Shown here: positions 37,192-46,860 of the stretch, piece after piece
Position numbering within the stretch: position 1 is the stretch's first letter
Layout of the letters: each line of letters starts with the position of its first letter
Virus record (IMG/VR): IMGVR_UViG_3300029309_000011
Span: 1-64,000 of that record
Strand: one strand, 5' to 3'
From: an uncultured virus (IMG/VR IMGVR_UViG_3300029309_000011)
Lineage: Duplodnaviria > Heunggongvirae > Uroviricota > Caudoviricetes
Length of the DNA: 64,000 nucleotides
Program-made: the position numbers and the translations under genes
The notes under the pieces: model-generated
The model's input: the letters and a program-made list of their open reading frames with translations, nothing else
Database searches by the model: none
What the model was told of the DNA's origin: nothing

Positions 37192-37740
37192 TTAACAATC
37201 ATTGAATTGTTTTGCTACTTGACCACCTATTTCTGATCCTTTATCTTGTGCAAACATGGTGACGAATCCAGCAGCAAGCCATCCAATTACTGGTATGTTA
37301 CTAAAAGCGGGTGCAGCTTTTACTCCCACAGAACCTCCTACAATTCTTCCTGTAGAGTTTCCACTACCTTCTATTTTGATACAAGCAACTTTTTTATCAT
37401 TCATTACGGTTCTCTCTACCTCTTGTTGACCACCACCTTGCATTGTGTAAGTCTCTTTCAAACTCAATGTAGATTCTTTATTCCCAAAAAATCCTTTTGG
37501 TTCACTTAGATACTTAGTTCTATGTAGAATTTTTGGGTCATTTGCTTTATAACTAATCCTGTATCCATTATCAGTAGCAACTATATCGTAAGAGGTATAA
37601 GGACCTACAGGTACATTGACATTTGGAAAAGGGTTTTTAATTTTTTTTGTAACTAAAGTGTTCATCAAGGCAATGTTATACACCCCTAAGATGGACACTA
37701 AAGCTATTATTCCCCAATTCCTTTTGGGTCTACTATACAT
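37192..37740 (-). CDS. membrane protein with glycine-zipper C-terminus
   Basis: N-terminal TM; GRIVGGSVG...IPVIGWLAAG...GSEIGG. Confidence 0.6.
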   Translation of the reverse strand: MYSRPKRNWGIIALVSILGVYNIALMNTLVTKKIKNPFPNVNVPVGPYTSYDIVATDNGYRISYKANDPKILHRTKYLSEPKGFFGNKESTLSLKETYTMQGGGQQEVERTVMNDKKVACIKIEGSGNSTGRIVGGSVGVKAAPAFSNIPVIGWLAAGFVTMFAQDKGSEIGGQVAKQFNDC

Positions 37741-38224
37741 TTTTCTTAGAACTAGTCTCTGTCACTATTTTAATTGGAGCTTGTTCAATACGCAATATCT
37801 GAGTAGGAGCAGATTGTGAAGCCTTCTCTATAAGTTTTTCAAAATCTGCTTTAGTCAGATTTGGAGTCTGATTCTTATCCACTTTCATGGTTCCATCTCC
37901 TCTTTTACGTGCCGCATCTATTCCAAAACTACTAAGACATCCCGTCAAAATCGAAGCCGGGAAAGTGATATCCTTGGGTTCATTTGCATAACCAGGAATA
38001 GAAATGTAATTTAAACTGACGATAAATCCACTCCAAGCAACTACAACAAGTCTTACTACGACTGAGATAAAGGCTAATTGCTCTTCTTTGTCATCAAGGT
38101 TTTCTTTAATTTTTGTAAAAACATTTTTCTTCTCTTGTGTTTTAGAAGAATCTTTTGAATTGTCAATCATTTTATATCCGTAATACATACTAAGTTTACC
38201 CTCATGTAAACTTATGTATAGCAA
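37733..38224 (-). CDS. two-TM membrane protein (holin-like candidate)
   Basis: Two hydrophobic segments with charged termini. Confidence 0.5.
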   Translation of the reverse strand: MLYISLHEGKLSMYYGYKMIDNSKDSSKTQEKKNVFTKIKENLDDKEEQLAFISVVVRLVVVAWSGFIVSLNYISIPGYANEPKDITFPASILTGCLSSFGIDAARKRGDGTMKVDKNQTPNLTKADFEKLIEKASQSAPTQILRIEQAPIKIVTETSSKKNV

Positions 38225-38240
38225 TTAATAGGTACTAAAA

Positions 38241-38738
38241 ATGCGGAAGTTCTTTCCTTTATTGATATTGATATTTGCACCAGTAGCTAAAGCAGATATC
38301 ACTCATAAATTATCTAGTAGTGTTCAACTCTCAGTCAATGCTGCCGCTACTCAGGTAGAGAGAATTGGTAATAGCTATAGTGTTTCTGGAAACAATGTAA
38401 CAACTCAATATACTCCAGATGGTGGGTCAGCTACTAACTCAATTGGATCTTTGACAATATCTTCAGGGGTAGGTTCAATACCAGCATTATCAGCGGTTCA
38501 GGCTACAGCTGGCGAAAGTTTTAGTTTTAGTCAGACATTTACCCAAGCAGATGCTTTAGTTACCAGTGCTCCAAGTACAGGTGCTGTAAGTGCTTTATCT
38601 AATCAAACTTCAACAGCAGCAGGGGTTGCAGGATCATTGGCAGGTACAATCGACTCATCTTCAACATTGACTTTAACAGCTGGGGGAGCAGGAACAACAG
38701 CAACAGGACAATTTGTTAGTGAAATTTCAATAAGATGA
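38241..38738 (+). CDS. secreted Ser/Thr/Gly-rich protein
   Basis: Signal peptide ending VAKA/DITH. Confidence 0.7.
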   Translation: MRKFFPLLILIFAPVAKADITHKLSSSVQLSVNAAATQVERIGNSYSVSGNNVTTQYTPDGGSATNSIGSLTISSGVGSIPALSAVQATAGESFSFSQTFTQADALVTSAPSTGAVSALSNQTSTAAGVAGSLAGTIDSSSTLTLTAGGAGTTATGQFVSEISIR

Positions 38739-38750
38739 AATTAAAAAATC

Positions 38751-39221
38751 ATGCCTTTGCAATTAAAAAAAGAAGAGACAATGAAACAGATAAAAAAAAT
38801 AATACCTGTAATCTTTCTGAGTCTAATGAACACGACTGCAAAAGCAGTCCCAGTAGTCCCAAACTTTAATACAGGTGTTCTTCAGTCTCATACTGAGACT
38901 ACCTCTAAAGTGACTGAAACAATAAATGTTATTGATTATCAAACAGGCTGGCAATATACCGTCACAGGTAATAATATAAAGGCAGACAGTAATAGTTTGG
39001 TTCCTCCAGCCAAAAATGTAACTCAGACATTAAATGGAGTTAATTCTACGTGGACAAATTTAGATTCCCAAAACATGCCAAACTTCTCGATCGTAGACGA
39101 GACAAAACCTTGGCAGATGACAACTACATTAAGCCAGCCAGGTCTAAAATCACAAACAATAATTCAAAGAACTTCAGAAATAAAATCTGTAACAGATACA
39201 ACTTCAACTTTCAGTCAGTAA
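38751..39221 (+). CDS. secreted protein (VPVVPNF)
   Basis: Signal peptide ending TAKA/VPVVPNF; likely start 38781. Confidence 0.7.
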   Translation: MPLQLKKEETMKQIKKIIPVIFLSLMNTTAKAVPVVPNFNTGVLQSHTETTSKVTETINVIDYQTGWQYTVTGNNIKADSNSLVPPAKNVTQTLNGVNSTWTNLDSQNMPNFSIVDETKPWQMTTTLSQPGLKSQTIIQRTSEIKSVTDTTSTFSQ

Positions 39222-39862
39222 AATATTTACTTTTAGCTGCAAATATTTTTGGTATTCCCATCTATGCAAATGAGGTAGGAGGCGTGTCAGCGACTGCAAA
39301 CCCGGTAGCAAATTCATCAGGGTCCGTTAGTAACTTAGCGGTGCAAAATCTGTCTGGGCCATACCTCACAAATACTTATGGGGGTGGTGTTTCTTGTCAA
39401 GGTTCTACTCTTTCAATTACTCCTTTTGCAACTTTACAAGATTCTTGGAAGGAACCTTACGAAGCGATGTATCTTGATCCAGTATTTGATAACTCAGATG
39501 TAGACAATGATGGATTATTAGACAATCCCGGTGGAATTCTTTATCATAAACCTGTAAGAACAGGTCAAAAATCAAATCATAATATTGGATGGGGAATTAG
39601 TATGAATATAACAATACCACTAGATAAAAGGCATAATGAAAGCTGTTTAAAAGCTTCTAACACTCAAAATCAAATAAATAAACAAATATTAGCTAATAAA
39701 AGGTTAGATTTTGAGATGGCAAGACTAAAACATTGTGCCGAACAAAAAAAATTAGGAGTAACTTTCGCAAAAACAAGTCCCTCTGCTCAAATATGTGCTG
39801 ATATTGTAGTTGCAAATCCACATGGTGTTATCCCCAATCATCACCATTCAATTCCGAAATAA
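39050..39862 (+). CDS. secreted/outer-membrane-associated protein (start uncertain)
   Basis: Signal-like segment from ~39218; beta-hairpin GWGISMNITIPL; conserved-looking Cys residues. Confidence 0.65.
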   Translation: MDKFRFPKHAKLLDRRRDKTLADDNYIKPARSKITNNNSKNFRNKICNRYNFNFQSVKYLLLAANIFGIPIYANEVGGVSATANPVANSSGSVSNLAVQNLSGPYLTNTYGGGVSCQGSTLSITPFATLQDSWKEPYEAMYLDPVFDNSDVDNDGLLDNPGGILYHKPVRTGQKSNHNIGWGISMNITIPLDKRHNESCLKASNTQNQINKQILANKRLDFEMARLKHCAEQKKLGVTFAKTSPSAQICADIVVANPHGVIPNHHHSIPK

Positions 39863-40607
39863 GTTTTTTCTTTCTTTGTAATCCTTTAAATCTTTCTCTA
39901 TCTTTTTTACCAAATAAAGCTTTAATTCTTTTTATTAACTGCTTTATTAAAGGCTTTATTAACTTTAATAATACGGGTGTTGCAGCTGCTGAAGCTGTTG
40001 CTACTAATGCGATTGCAGCCGTAGTGCTTACTTGAGATGCATTTGGGAGTAGTTTTTCAAGAGAAGAGGTTGGTTCATACAATACAACACAAATATTACC
40101 CTGTATTTCATGACCTATAACTATTTCATCTCCACTACGTGTTAAATCTCCAACTCTAGGTTGATTTGGTGCAGGGCAAGATTTTTCATTTTTTTGTGGA
40201 ATATTGTCAAATGTAGGATTTGGAGTGTCTAAGTTATTTTCTTCATCTTTACTCTCATCTTGATCATTTTTTTTATTCGACTTTTCTTTGTTAAGAGATC
40301 GTTTTATATTAGGCACTGGAGCATCTTCAACATAAATTAATTCTTCTGGTTGATAATCTATTGCTTCGTAGACAGGAGATCCGGCATCACATAAAACTTT
40401 ATTACCTCTTTCATCCTCATTTACTAAATTTTTTGACTTTGTATTAACTTCGTTAAACTTGACACAGCCTGGCATCTCTATAATTGGATTACCAATTTGC
40501 AAGGTTACGGGTAGGTTTTGTGGTAATGACTCTACAGTAGAAAAGTAATAACTATCCACTTTAGGAATATTTACAGTATTTATTAAAATTTCTGGTATTT
40601 CGGACAA
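39828..40607 (-). CDS. membrane-anchored protein with Cys pairs
   Basis: C-terminal TM followed by basic tail. Confidence 0.6.
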   Translation of the reverse strand: MSEIPEILINTVNIPKVDSYYFSTVESLPQNLPVTLQIGNPIIEMPGCVKFNEVNTKSKNLVNEDERGNKVLCDAGSPVYEAIDYQPEELIYVEDAPVPNIKRSLNKEKSNKKNDQDESKDEENNLDTPNPTFDNIPQKNEKSCPAPNQPRVGDLTRSGDEIVIGHEIQGNICVVLYEPTSSLEKLLPNASQVSTTAAIALVATASAAATPVLLKLIKPLIKQLIKRIKALFGKKDRERFKGLQRKKKLISELNGDDWG

Positions 40608-40609
40608 TT

Positions 40610-40858
40610 TTAAAAGCTAGATGAAGGAAGTTTTGGAACCACCGGACCAGTGACATCTGGTAAAGGAAGAGAGCCTCCTAACGTATCTCCTAAATTATCT
40701 TTAACAGATTCTATAGCTTTTTCTTTTATAGTATTTATTATTGTGTCTTTGTTTATAAAAATAAATAGACCACTACCTACAACTGTTAAAGAAACAATCC
40801 CTGAAGCAATTGCTATTGCGTTAAAAATTTTTTGCATTTTTAAAAAGTATTTATTCAA
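40610..40858 (-). CDS. small membrane protein
   Basis: N-terminal TM and Pro-rich tail. Confidence 0.6.
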   Translation of the reverse strand: MNKYFLKMQKIFNAIAIASGIVSLTVVGSGLFIFINKDTIINTIKEKAIESVKDNLGDTLGGSLPLPDVTGPVVPKLPSSSF

Positions 40859-40898
40859 ATTTTACTAAATTGATCTAATTACTGCAAGTTGCTTATGT

Positions 40899-42728
40899 TT
40901 ATGCTGTTTCTAAAGCTTGTATTCTTGCGTCAAGTGCATTATTCTTTGCTGATAACTCTTTTATAGCATTTACAAGAATTGGTACAAGTCTTTCATATTT
41001 CATACCGTAGCTCATACCATCATCTGTAAGGTTAAGGATTAAGGAATCATCATTACTGTTTCCATACCCATTAGCTTGTTCTACTGCAAGTGCTTCCTGT
41101 GCTAAGAATCCAAGGTGTAGTCTTTGTCTTTTCTTTGATCCATCAGGTGTTCCATAAGGCTGTTCATCTGTTCCATACCAAGTTCTTCTATCCCATCTGT
41201 ATGTTACTGGTCTTAGTGCTTCGATCCAGTTTAATCCAATAGTGAAACTTGTGACATCTGTTTTATCTCTTGAATCAGACGAAGATATTGATGTATCTGC
41301 ACAATATAAATTACTTATGCTGTTATTACCAAGACAAATATTATTTGAACCAGAAGTAATTGATCCTGATGGACTAGCTCCAGTACCTGAGTTTTTACCA
41401 AGACAGATATTATTAGAACCTGATGTAACCGAAGGAAGAGAAGATGGTCCAATACCAACATTTTCATTACCAGTTATAGGTGATGATGTGCTATTTCCAT
41501 ACATTGCATACTCACCTAAAGCTACATTTAGTTGACCAGTAGTGATATAGTTCATTGAGCCTCTTCCTATGGAAACATTTTCATAAGCTGAGGTAGCATA
41601 ATTCATGGCATAGTTACCAATAGCTATATTTGTAAAACCATTACTGTTTAGAAGAGCCGAATGTCCGATTGCGATAACATTTGTTCTATCTACTAAGTTA
41701 TATCCAGCCATACTACCAATACATATACTTTTTGTATTAGTTGTCATCTTATATCCAGCGAAACCACCGATACAGACATTATCTGCACCAGAGGTTATAT
41801 CAGGTCCAGCATCTTTTCCTAAAAGTGTATTATTAGTACCGCCATTCAGATCTGCACCAGCATTTGTACCACCAACAGTATTTCCATCAGAGTCTGAACT
41901 TAAACCACCACCACCACCACCTGAGATTGTGATGGTTTTTGTAGTACCAGTACCAGATGCGGTCACAGAAGAACCAACAAAGTTTAAAGTGGTCGCAGCT
42001 GTGGATAAAGAACTTCCTTCTTCCTGTACAGTAATTCCTCCTGCAGCAACAGTAATTGTTTTAATCGCTCCAGTACCAGATGCGGTCACAGAAGAACCAA
42101 CAAAGTTTAAAGTGGTCGCAGCTGTGGATAAAGAACTTCCTTCTTCCTGTACAGTAATTCCTCCTGCAGCAACAGTAATTGTTTTTGTAGCACCAGTGCC
42201 AGATGCAGTTACACTACTACCAACAAAATTTAAAGTAGTTGCAGCTGTGGATAATGCACTACCCTCTTCTTGAATAGTGATTCCTCCTGCAGAGCCAGAA
42301 GAGGCTGCTGTTAGTCTACCCTGTGCATCTACTGTAATACTTGCATTTGTATAACTACCAGCAGAAACTGAGGTGTTTGCTAATTTCGCAGCAGTCACAG
42401 CCTGTCCAGCAATTTTTGCTGTTGTCACTGTTCCGTCAGATACGACTCCTGTATTTACTAATTCACCTAATACCAACCCCCAAAAATCTAACCCACTAGC
42501 TGGAGCTGTGGTAAAAACTATAGTGGCTGCATTAATCGTATAGTCCGTTCCAGGATTTTGTAATACACCACCAACAGAAACTAAAGTATTATTGACACTT
42601 TCTGGATTTATACTCTGACCAGAGACTTGTAAGTTAAAAGTCGTAGTACTTCCGTTAAAACTACTGCTTATATCATCAAGTTCCCTATTTTGATTTAGGA
42701 AATTAGGTTCTGATCCTATGTATGCCAT
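40899..42728 (-). CDS. tail fibre with C-terminal peptidase S74 intramolecular chaperone
   Basis: Beta-helix-like N-x-x-x-G repeats; SSDSRDK cleavage motif; GFLAQE...KYERLVPILVNAIKEL. Confidence 0.88.
   Translation of the reverse strand: MAYIGSEPNFLNQNRELDDISSSFNGSTTTFNLQVSGQSINPESVNNTLVSVGGVLQNPGTDYTINAATIVFTTAPASGLDFWGLVLGELVNTGVVSDGTVTTAKIAGQAVTAAKLANTSVSAGSYTNASITVDAQGRLTAASSGSAGGITIQEEGSALSTAATTLNFVGSSVTASGTGATKTITVAAGGITVQEEGSSLSTAATTLNFVGSSVTASGTGAIKTITVAAGGITVQEEGSSLSTAATTLNFVGSSVTASGTGTTKTITISGGGGGGLSSDSDGNTVGGTNAGADLNGGTNNTLLGKDAGPDITSGADNVCIGGFAGYKMTTNTKSICIGSMAGYNLVDRTNVIAIGHSALLNSNGFTNIAIGNYAMNYATSAYENVSIGRGSMNYITTGQLNVALGEYAMYGNSTSSPITGNENVGIGPSSLPSVTSGSNNICLGKNSGTGASPSGSITSGSNNICLGNNSISNLYCADTSISSSDSRDKTDVTSFTIGLNWIEALRPVTYRWDRRTWYGTDEQPYGTPDGSKKRQRLHLGFLAQEALAVEQANGYGNSNDDSLILNLTDDGMSYGMKYERLVPILVNAIKELSAKNNALDARIQALETA
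41935..42290 (-). repeat. three tandem 123-bp (41-aa) repeats in the tail fibre
   Basis: GITVQEEGSSLSTAATTLNFVGSSVTASGTG occurs three times; two copies near-identical at DNA level. Confidence 0.9.
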
Positions 42729-42790
42729 CTAAATTTTCTATTACTTTATATCTAGTTTAAAATGGCTAATTTTTCCAAATAATATTGCTA

Positions 42791-44065
42791 TTACCCTCCT
42801 TCAAGGGTTTTTACTCTAGCTGATAACTCTTTTATAGCATTTACCAAAATAGGGACTAACCTTTCATATTTCATTCCATAAGACATTTCATCTTCATTCA
42901 AATGAACTGTAATAGAGTCGTCATTAGATGTACCATAACCGTTTGTTTTTTCCACTTCTAATGCTTCTTGAGCTAAAAATCCAACATGTAATTGTGTTCT
43001 TTTCTTAGAACCATCTGGAGTTCCGTAGGGTTGTTCATCTGTACCGTACCAAGTACGTCTATCCCATCTATAAGTAACAGGACGTAGTGCCTCTACCCAT
43101 GCAAGCCCAAGGTTGAAGCTAGTAATATCCGTCTTATCTCTTTGATCTGAAGAAGATATTGAAGTATCTGCACAATATAAGTTAGTTATGTTGTTATCGC
43201 CAAGACATATATTATTTGAGCCTGTTGATACTGCTCCTGACGGGCTATTAGAAGAACCAGCGAAATACCCTAGAAATAAATTATTTTGTCCTGAGCTTAA
43301 AGAAAATCCAGAAAGATACCCTACAGAAGTGTTATTAGTTCCTGTACTACTAGCATTAGATTGATACCCAATGGCAGTATTATTATCACCAGTTGTTATA
43401 CCATTACCAGCATATTGACCTACACAAGTAGATCGCCTTGCAGTAGTAATGCCATTGCCTGCATTACCAACACATATATTTCCTTCTCCAGTTGTAATAG
43501 ACTTTCCAGCTTCATAACCAACCAATGTGTTTTCTGAACCAGTGGTTACAACTAAACCAGCCTGATGACCTACGCAAGTATTAAATTGAGATGTAGCTGC
43601 TGTACCAGCTTTGTAACCAATAAATGTATTTCTACCGCCATCAACATTAGCTTTGCCAGCTTCAAAACCTATAGCAGTAAGACCAGTTGAAGTAGTAGTT
43701 GACTCACCAGCTTTACTACCAATTAAAACTGAACCATCGCCAGTAGTTAAGGCAGTACCAGCGTTATATCCAATTAAAGTATTATCAGTTGCATCAGTGC
43801 CAGAAAAACTATCCCCAGCATTTGTACCACCAACAGTATTAAACTGTGAATCAGAACTTAAACCAGAAGAAAGTCCAGTTAATGCAGATCCATCACCACT
43901 AAAAGCAGTAGCAGCACACGTTCCTGTAACGGTTACGCCAGTACCTGAAGTTGCTAATTTTGTTGCGTTTGAGTATTTTAGGGTGACAGTAGAATCAGAC
44001 GCAATGCTTATTGAATCATCTGAACTTTGTCTATGCCGTATATTTTCTACTCTAATTGCTGACAT
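42791..44065 (-). CDS. second tail fibre with peptidase S74 chaperone
   Basis: SSDQRDK motif; C-terminus highly similar to the 40899 gene. Confidence 0.88.
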   Translation of the reverse strand: MSAIRVENIRHRQSSDDSISIASDSTVTLKYSNATKLATSGTGVTVTGTCAATAFSGDGSALTGLSSGLSSDSQFNTVGGTNAGDSFSGTDATDNTLIGYNAGTALTTGDGSVLIGSKAGESTTTSTGLTAIGFEAGKANVDGGRNTFIGYKAGTAATSQFNTCVGHQAGLVVTTGSENTLVGYEAGKSITTGEGNICVGNAGNGITTARRSTCVGQYAGNGITTGDNNTAIGYQSNASSTGTNNTSVGYLSGFSLSSGQNNLFLGYFAGSSNSPSGAVSTGSNNICLGDNNITNLYCADTSISSSDQRDKTDITSFNLGLAWVEALRPVTYRWDRRTWYGTDEQPYGTPDGSKKRTQLHVGFLAQEALEVEKTNGYGTSNDDSITVHLNEDEMSYGMKYERLVPILVNAIKELSARVKTLEGG

Positions 44066-44116
44066 AATTTAAAATTAAATTGCTTGTAATATCTAGTTTA
44101 AAATGTCTAATTTTAT
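44066..44116 (-). promoter_or_regulatory. 51-bp repeated upstream element (copy at 45599-45649; partial copy at 42748-42773)
   Basis: 49/51 identical; each copy lies immediately 5' of a fibre gene and contains a TAAACT -10-like hexamer. Confidence 0.75.
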
Positions 44117-44135
44117 GTAAAAACTTCTATTCTAA

Positions 44136-45059
44136 TTAAGATAATCCAATAATAGCTCCTAGTCCAGACATACCATTATTAGCTCCTGTAGAACTATCAC
44201 CAAAAGTGCCTGTCATATTAACTTGTGTTCCATGATTTCCAAAGTGGTAAGCATGATAATGTCTTTCATCTGACCCATTATCACCTTCTCCTATTTTAGT
44301 GTACGCAGGTTCTGAACCCCCTTTGTTGTAGTCAAGAACATCAGAAGCAATATTAGAACCATTACCAGCAGCAATTCTCAATACCTTTGTGGCAGATGTT
44401 GAATTGTTTGGTGCAAGGTTTAACGCTGAAGTAACGGTTTGTCCACTTGTTTCTGAGAAAGCAAGACCTTCAGTATTAAAATATTCAATATTGTTAACAT
44501 TATCTATAACAATACCTGAAAAGGCAAAATTACCAGTAGGTGCTTCATCAATTACGTGTATACGTAGGCTGTAATCATCTGTTGATGATGTAGCTCCGTC
44601 AGCTATTGCTGTCCATATACTATTACTATTGTATTTACTAGCTGCATATACATTTCTATAAGTAAGTGCTGTGGTTGTGCTGTTATATTTTAATTCCAAT
44701 TCAAAATTTAAATCTGAGGAATTAAATTTTTCTGCCCAATGAGAAGCATCATTATCACTACCAGGCTCCCTCAAAGCCATAACAATAACAAATAATCTTT
44801 TACCCGATGTAGTAACTACAGGTATATCACTCCATGTTTGATTTGCATTGGCAAAAGTACTTACATTTTGTGTGATATCATGCCCTATTATAGCTGGTGG
44901 AGTTGATGTTGCGTCATCTCCCTCATCATAATAATGTTCTGCTGCTGTTAATGAAGGTATTAACCCACTACCACCCCCTGCAACAGAAAGTGAGGTGGCA
45001 CCACCACCTAAACCTGCCATTGACAAAGGAATGTTATATGTCCAATAATCTTGCTTCAT
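44136..45059 (-). CDS. putative tail fibre tip / receptor-binding protein
   Basis: Context; PLSMAGLGGG N-terminal motif. Confidence 0.55.
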   Translation of the reverse strand: MKQDYWTYNIPLSMAGLGGGATSLSVAGGGSGLIPSLTAAEHYYDEGDDATSTPPAIIGHDITQNVSTFANANQTWSDIPVVTTSGKRLFVIVMALREPGSDNDASHWAEKFNSSDLNFELELKYNSTTTALTYRNVYAASKYNSNSIWTAIADGATSSTDDYSLRIHVIDEAPTGNFAFSGIVIDNVNNIEYFNTEGLAFSETSGQTVTSALNLAPNNSTSATKVLRIAAGNGSNIASDVLDYNKGGSEPAYTKIGEGDNGSDERHYHAYHFGNHGTQVNMTGTFGDSSTGANNGMSGLGAIIGLS

Positions 45060-45598
45060 TAAGATGTTTTACTTAGGTTTCCAATAACAGTAAATGTAGC
45101 TGATGCTGTTTTAATAATTGTATAAGAATAAATATCAACATTACTTGAGCCACCAGCTGACGGAGCAGATCCTCCTACCCAATTTTCTGTAACCGCAGAA
45201 CCATCAATAGTCAATTGTGCAGAATAACCAGCAGCAGCAGCAGTTGTGATAATAGTTACTGATATAGCCTCTCCAGTGTTCATACTATTATTAAGACTTG
45301 TAGAGCTGTTAAATCTAATATTAGGTGTAGATGTGGTTGTTTCTTGTGTCGTAAAAAGATGTACCATTCCATCTTCTAAATCAATGTTTGTGTTATCACT
45401 TAACTTACCAGCAGTTATGTTCACTCCTTCTCTCAATAAATTAGAAAGATCAACTCCAGTAATGCTCACCCCTGAAGCGGTAGTAGATAATTTTGCTGAT
45501 CCACTATGTTTAAGACTCACACTAGAATCTGATGCAAGTGTAACTGAATCATTATTACTAGAAGTATGGCGTATATGTTCTACTTTTACTCTTGACAT
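45059..45598 (-). CDS. tail fibre-related protein
   Basis: WVGGSAPSAG...DIYSYTIIKT module; N-terminus shared with the 42791 gene. Confidence 0.7.
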   Translation of the reverse strand: MSRVKVEHIRHTSSNNDSVTLASDSSVSLKHSGSAKLSTTASGVSITGVDLSNLLREGVNITAGKLSDNTNIDLEDGMVHLFTTQETTTSTPNIRFNSSTSLNNSMNTGEAISVTIITTAAAAGYSAQLTIDGSAVTENWVGGSAPSAGGSSNVDIYSYTIIKTASATFTVIGNLSKTS

Positions 45599-45650
45599 AA
45601 TTTAAAACTAAATTGCTTGTAATATCTAGTTTAAAATGGCTAATTTTATC

Positions 45651-45920
45651 TCAACTAGGCTTGGTAGGCCAAGTAATATTGTCTGGATCTGACTGTGTAG
45701 GGACATCTCTAAGAGCTTGCCGATATGTTCTCCAATCATCTGATAACGTAACATCGGTACTAGCTCTCCAATCGGATGCTGCTAATAATGAATTTCTTTC
45801 TCTTCTAACGTATCTCCATTTTTCAGCAAGAATTTCTTCATCTGTTGGTTGACTTGCATTTAATTTTGCAATTTCTTCATCTGTCATTTTGATGGTGACC
45901 CCATCTACCATTTTGTACAT
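45651..45920 (-). CDS. tail fibre assembly chaperone-like protein
   Basis: RNSLLAASDW...YRQALRDVP...WPTKP. Confidence 0.8.
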   Translation of the reverse strand: MYKMVDGVTIKMTDEEIAKLNASQPTDEEILAEKWRYVRRERNSLLAASDWRASTDVTLSDDWRTYRQALRDVPTQSDPDNITWPTKPS

Positions 45921-46810
45921 TAGCTTTCTCCGTATTTATAAAGTAGGAATTGTGTGTACTGTGTAAAGAGATAAGAAGTAGTATTAGTTGATGCTAATTC
46001 TAAAGAATATATTCTTTTATTTGCAGTTTTAAAAGATCCATACATTTCCATTTTGTTATCAATTTTCATAGGAGCCATCCCCCTTACTAGAATACTACCA
46101 TAACTTGCTAAATTAGAAATTTCAGCAATAAAACCCAATTTGTTGTGATTTCCAGCACCAGTTCTTACAACATATTTACTAGCATTTCCACCACTGTGTG
46201 CATTATCACCACTTCCATCCCAACTCTCATAAGTAAGATCCCCACTACTATAATTATTCCCACTACTATCTTTTGGTCTAAGTACTAAAAGATCTTCATT
46301 CGCACTGTATTTAATATTTTTACCAATTAATAAATACATCCCCTCATCAAAACCTGTAAAAGTTATTGTAGCTACATTAGTAGATCCAACTTCTTGTTTT
46401 GATACAAATTGTAAACCTGCATCTGTGGCTGCAAAAGAAGATGGAAACCTAGCAGTTGGTAAGTTTCCCGATGATAAATTATCAGCATTTAAATTAGATG
46501 GATCAGCTGCTGTTACACTCTCAAATCCTAATTGCCCTACTGCTGTAGCTCCACTACCAGTTATGCTGTTTACCTTAAGAAATTTATCTGCTGCTATATT
46601 ATTAGAAGGCAAAATCATTGTGTAAGATTGCCCTGCACTATTAGGAGGTGCCTTTATTTTTATATTATTGGATTGTGTTAAATCATTTAGTTGAAGCGTT
46701 CCATCAATATCATCACCTGCTACCTCAAGAACACCTGTTCCATTAGGTGTTATTGTTAAATCTCCATCGTTTGTTAAAGATTGTATTTCATTTATCTCTA
46801 TTTTTGACAT
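45920..46810 (-). CDS. tail fibre-related paralog 1
   Basis: Shared N-terminal module with variable C-domain ending LLYKY. Confidence 0.7.
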   Translation of the reverse strand: MSKIEINEIQSLTNDGDLTITPNGTGVLEVAGDDIDGTLQLNDLTQSNNIKIKAPPNSAGQSYTMILPSNNIAADKFLKVNSITGSGATAVGQLGFESVTAADPSNLNADNLSSGNLPTARFPSSFAATDAGLQFVSKQEVGSTNVATITFTGFDEGMYLLIGKNIKYSANEDLLVLRPKDSSGNNYSSGDLTYESWDGSGDNAHSGGNASKYVVRTGAGNHNKLGFIAEISNLASYGSILVRGMAPMKIDNKMEMYGSFKTANKRIYSLELASTNTTSYLFTQYTQFLLYKYGES

Positions 46811-46860
46811 ACAATAAATAAATTATTATTTTATTCTAAAACATATTTATGTTACGCTAC

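Noticed and set aside
41935..42290. CRISPR array or DGR template/variable repeats
   Set aside because: The repeats are in-frame coding units without spacers, and no reverse transcriptase or cas gene is in the window.
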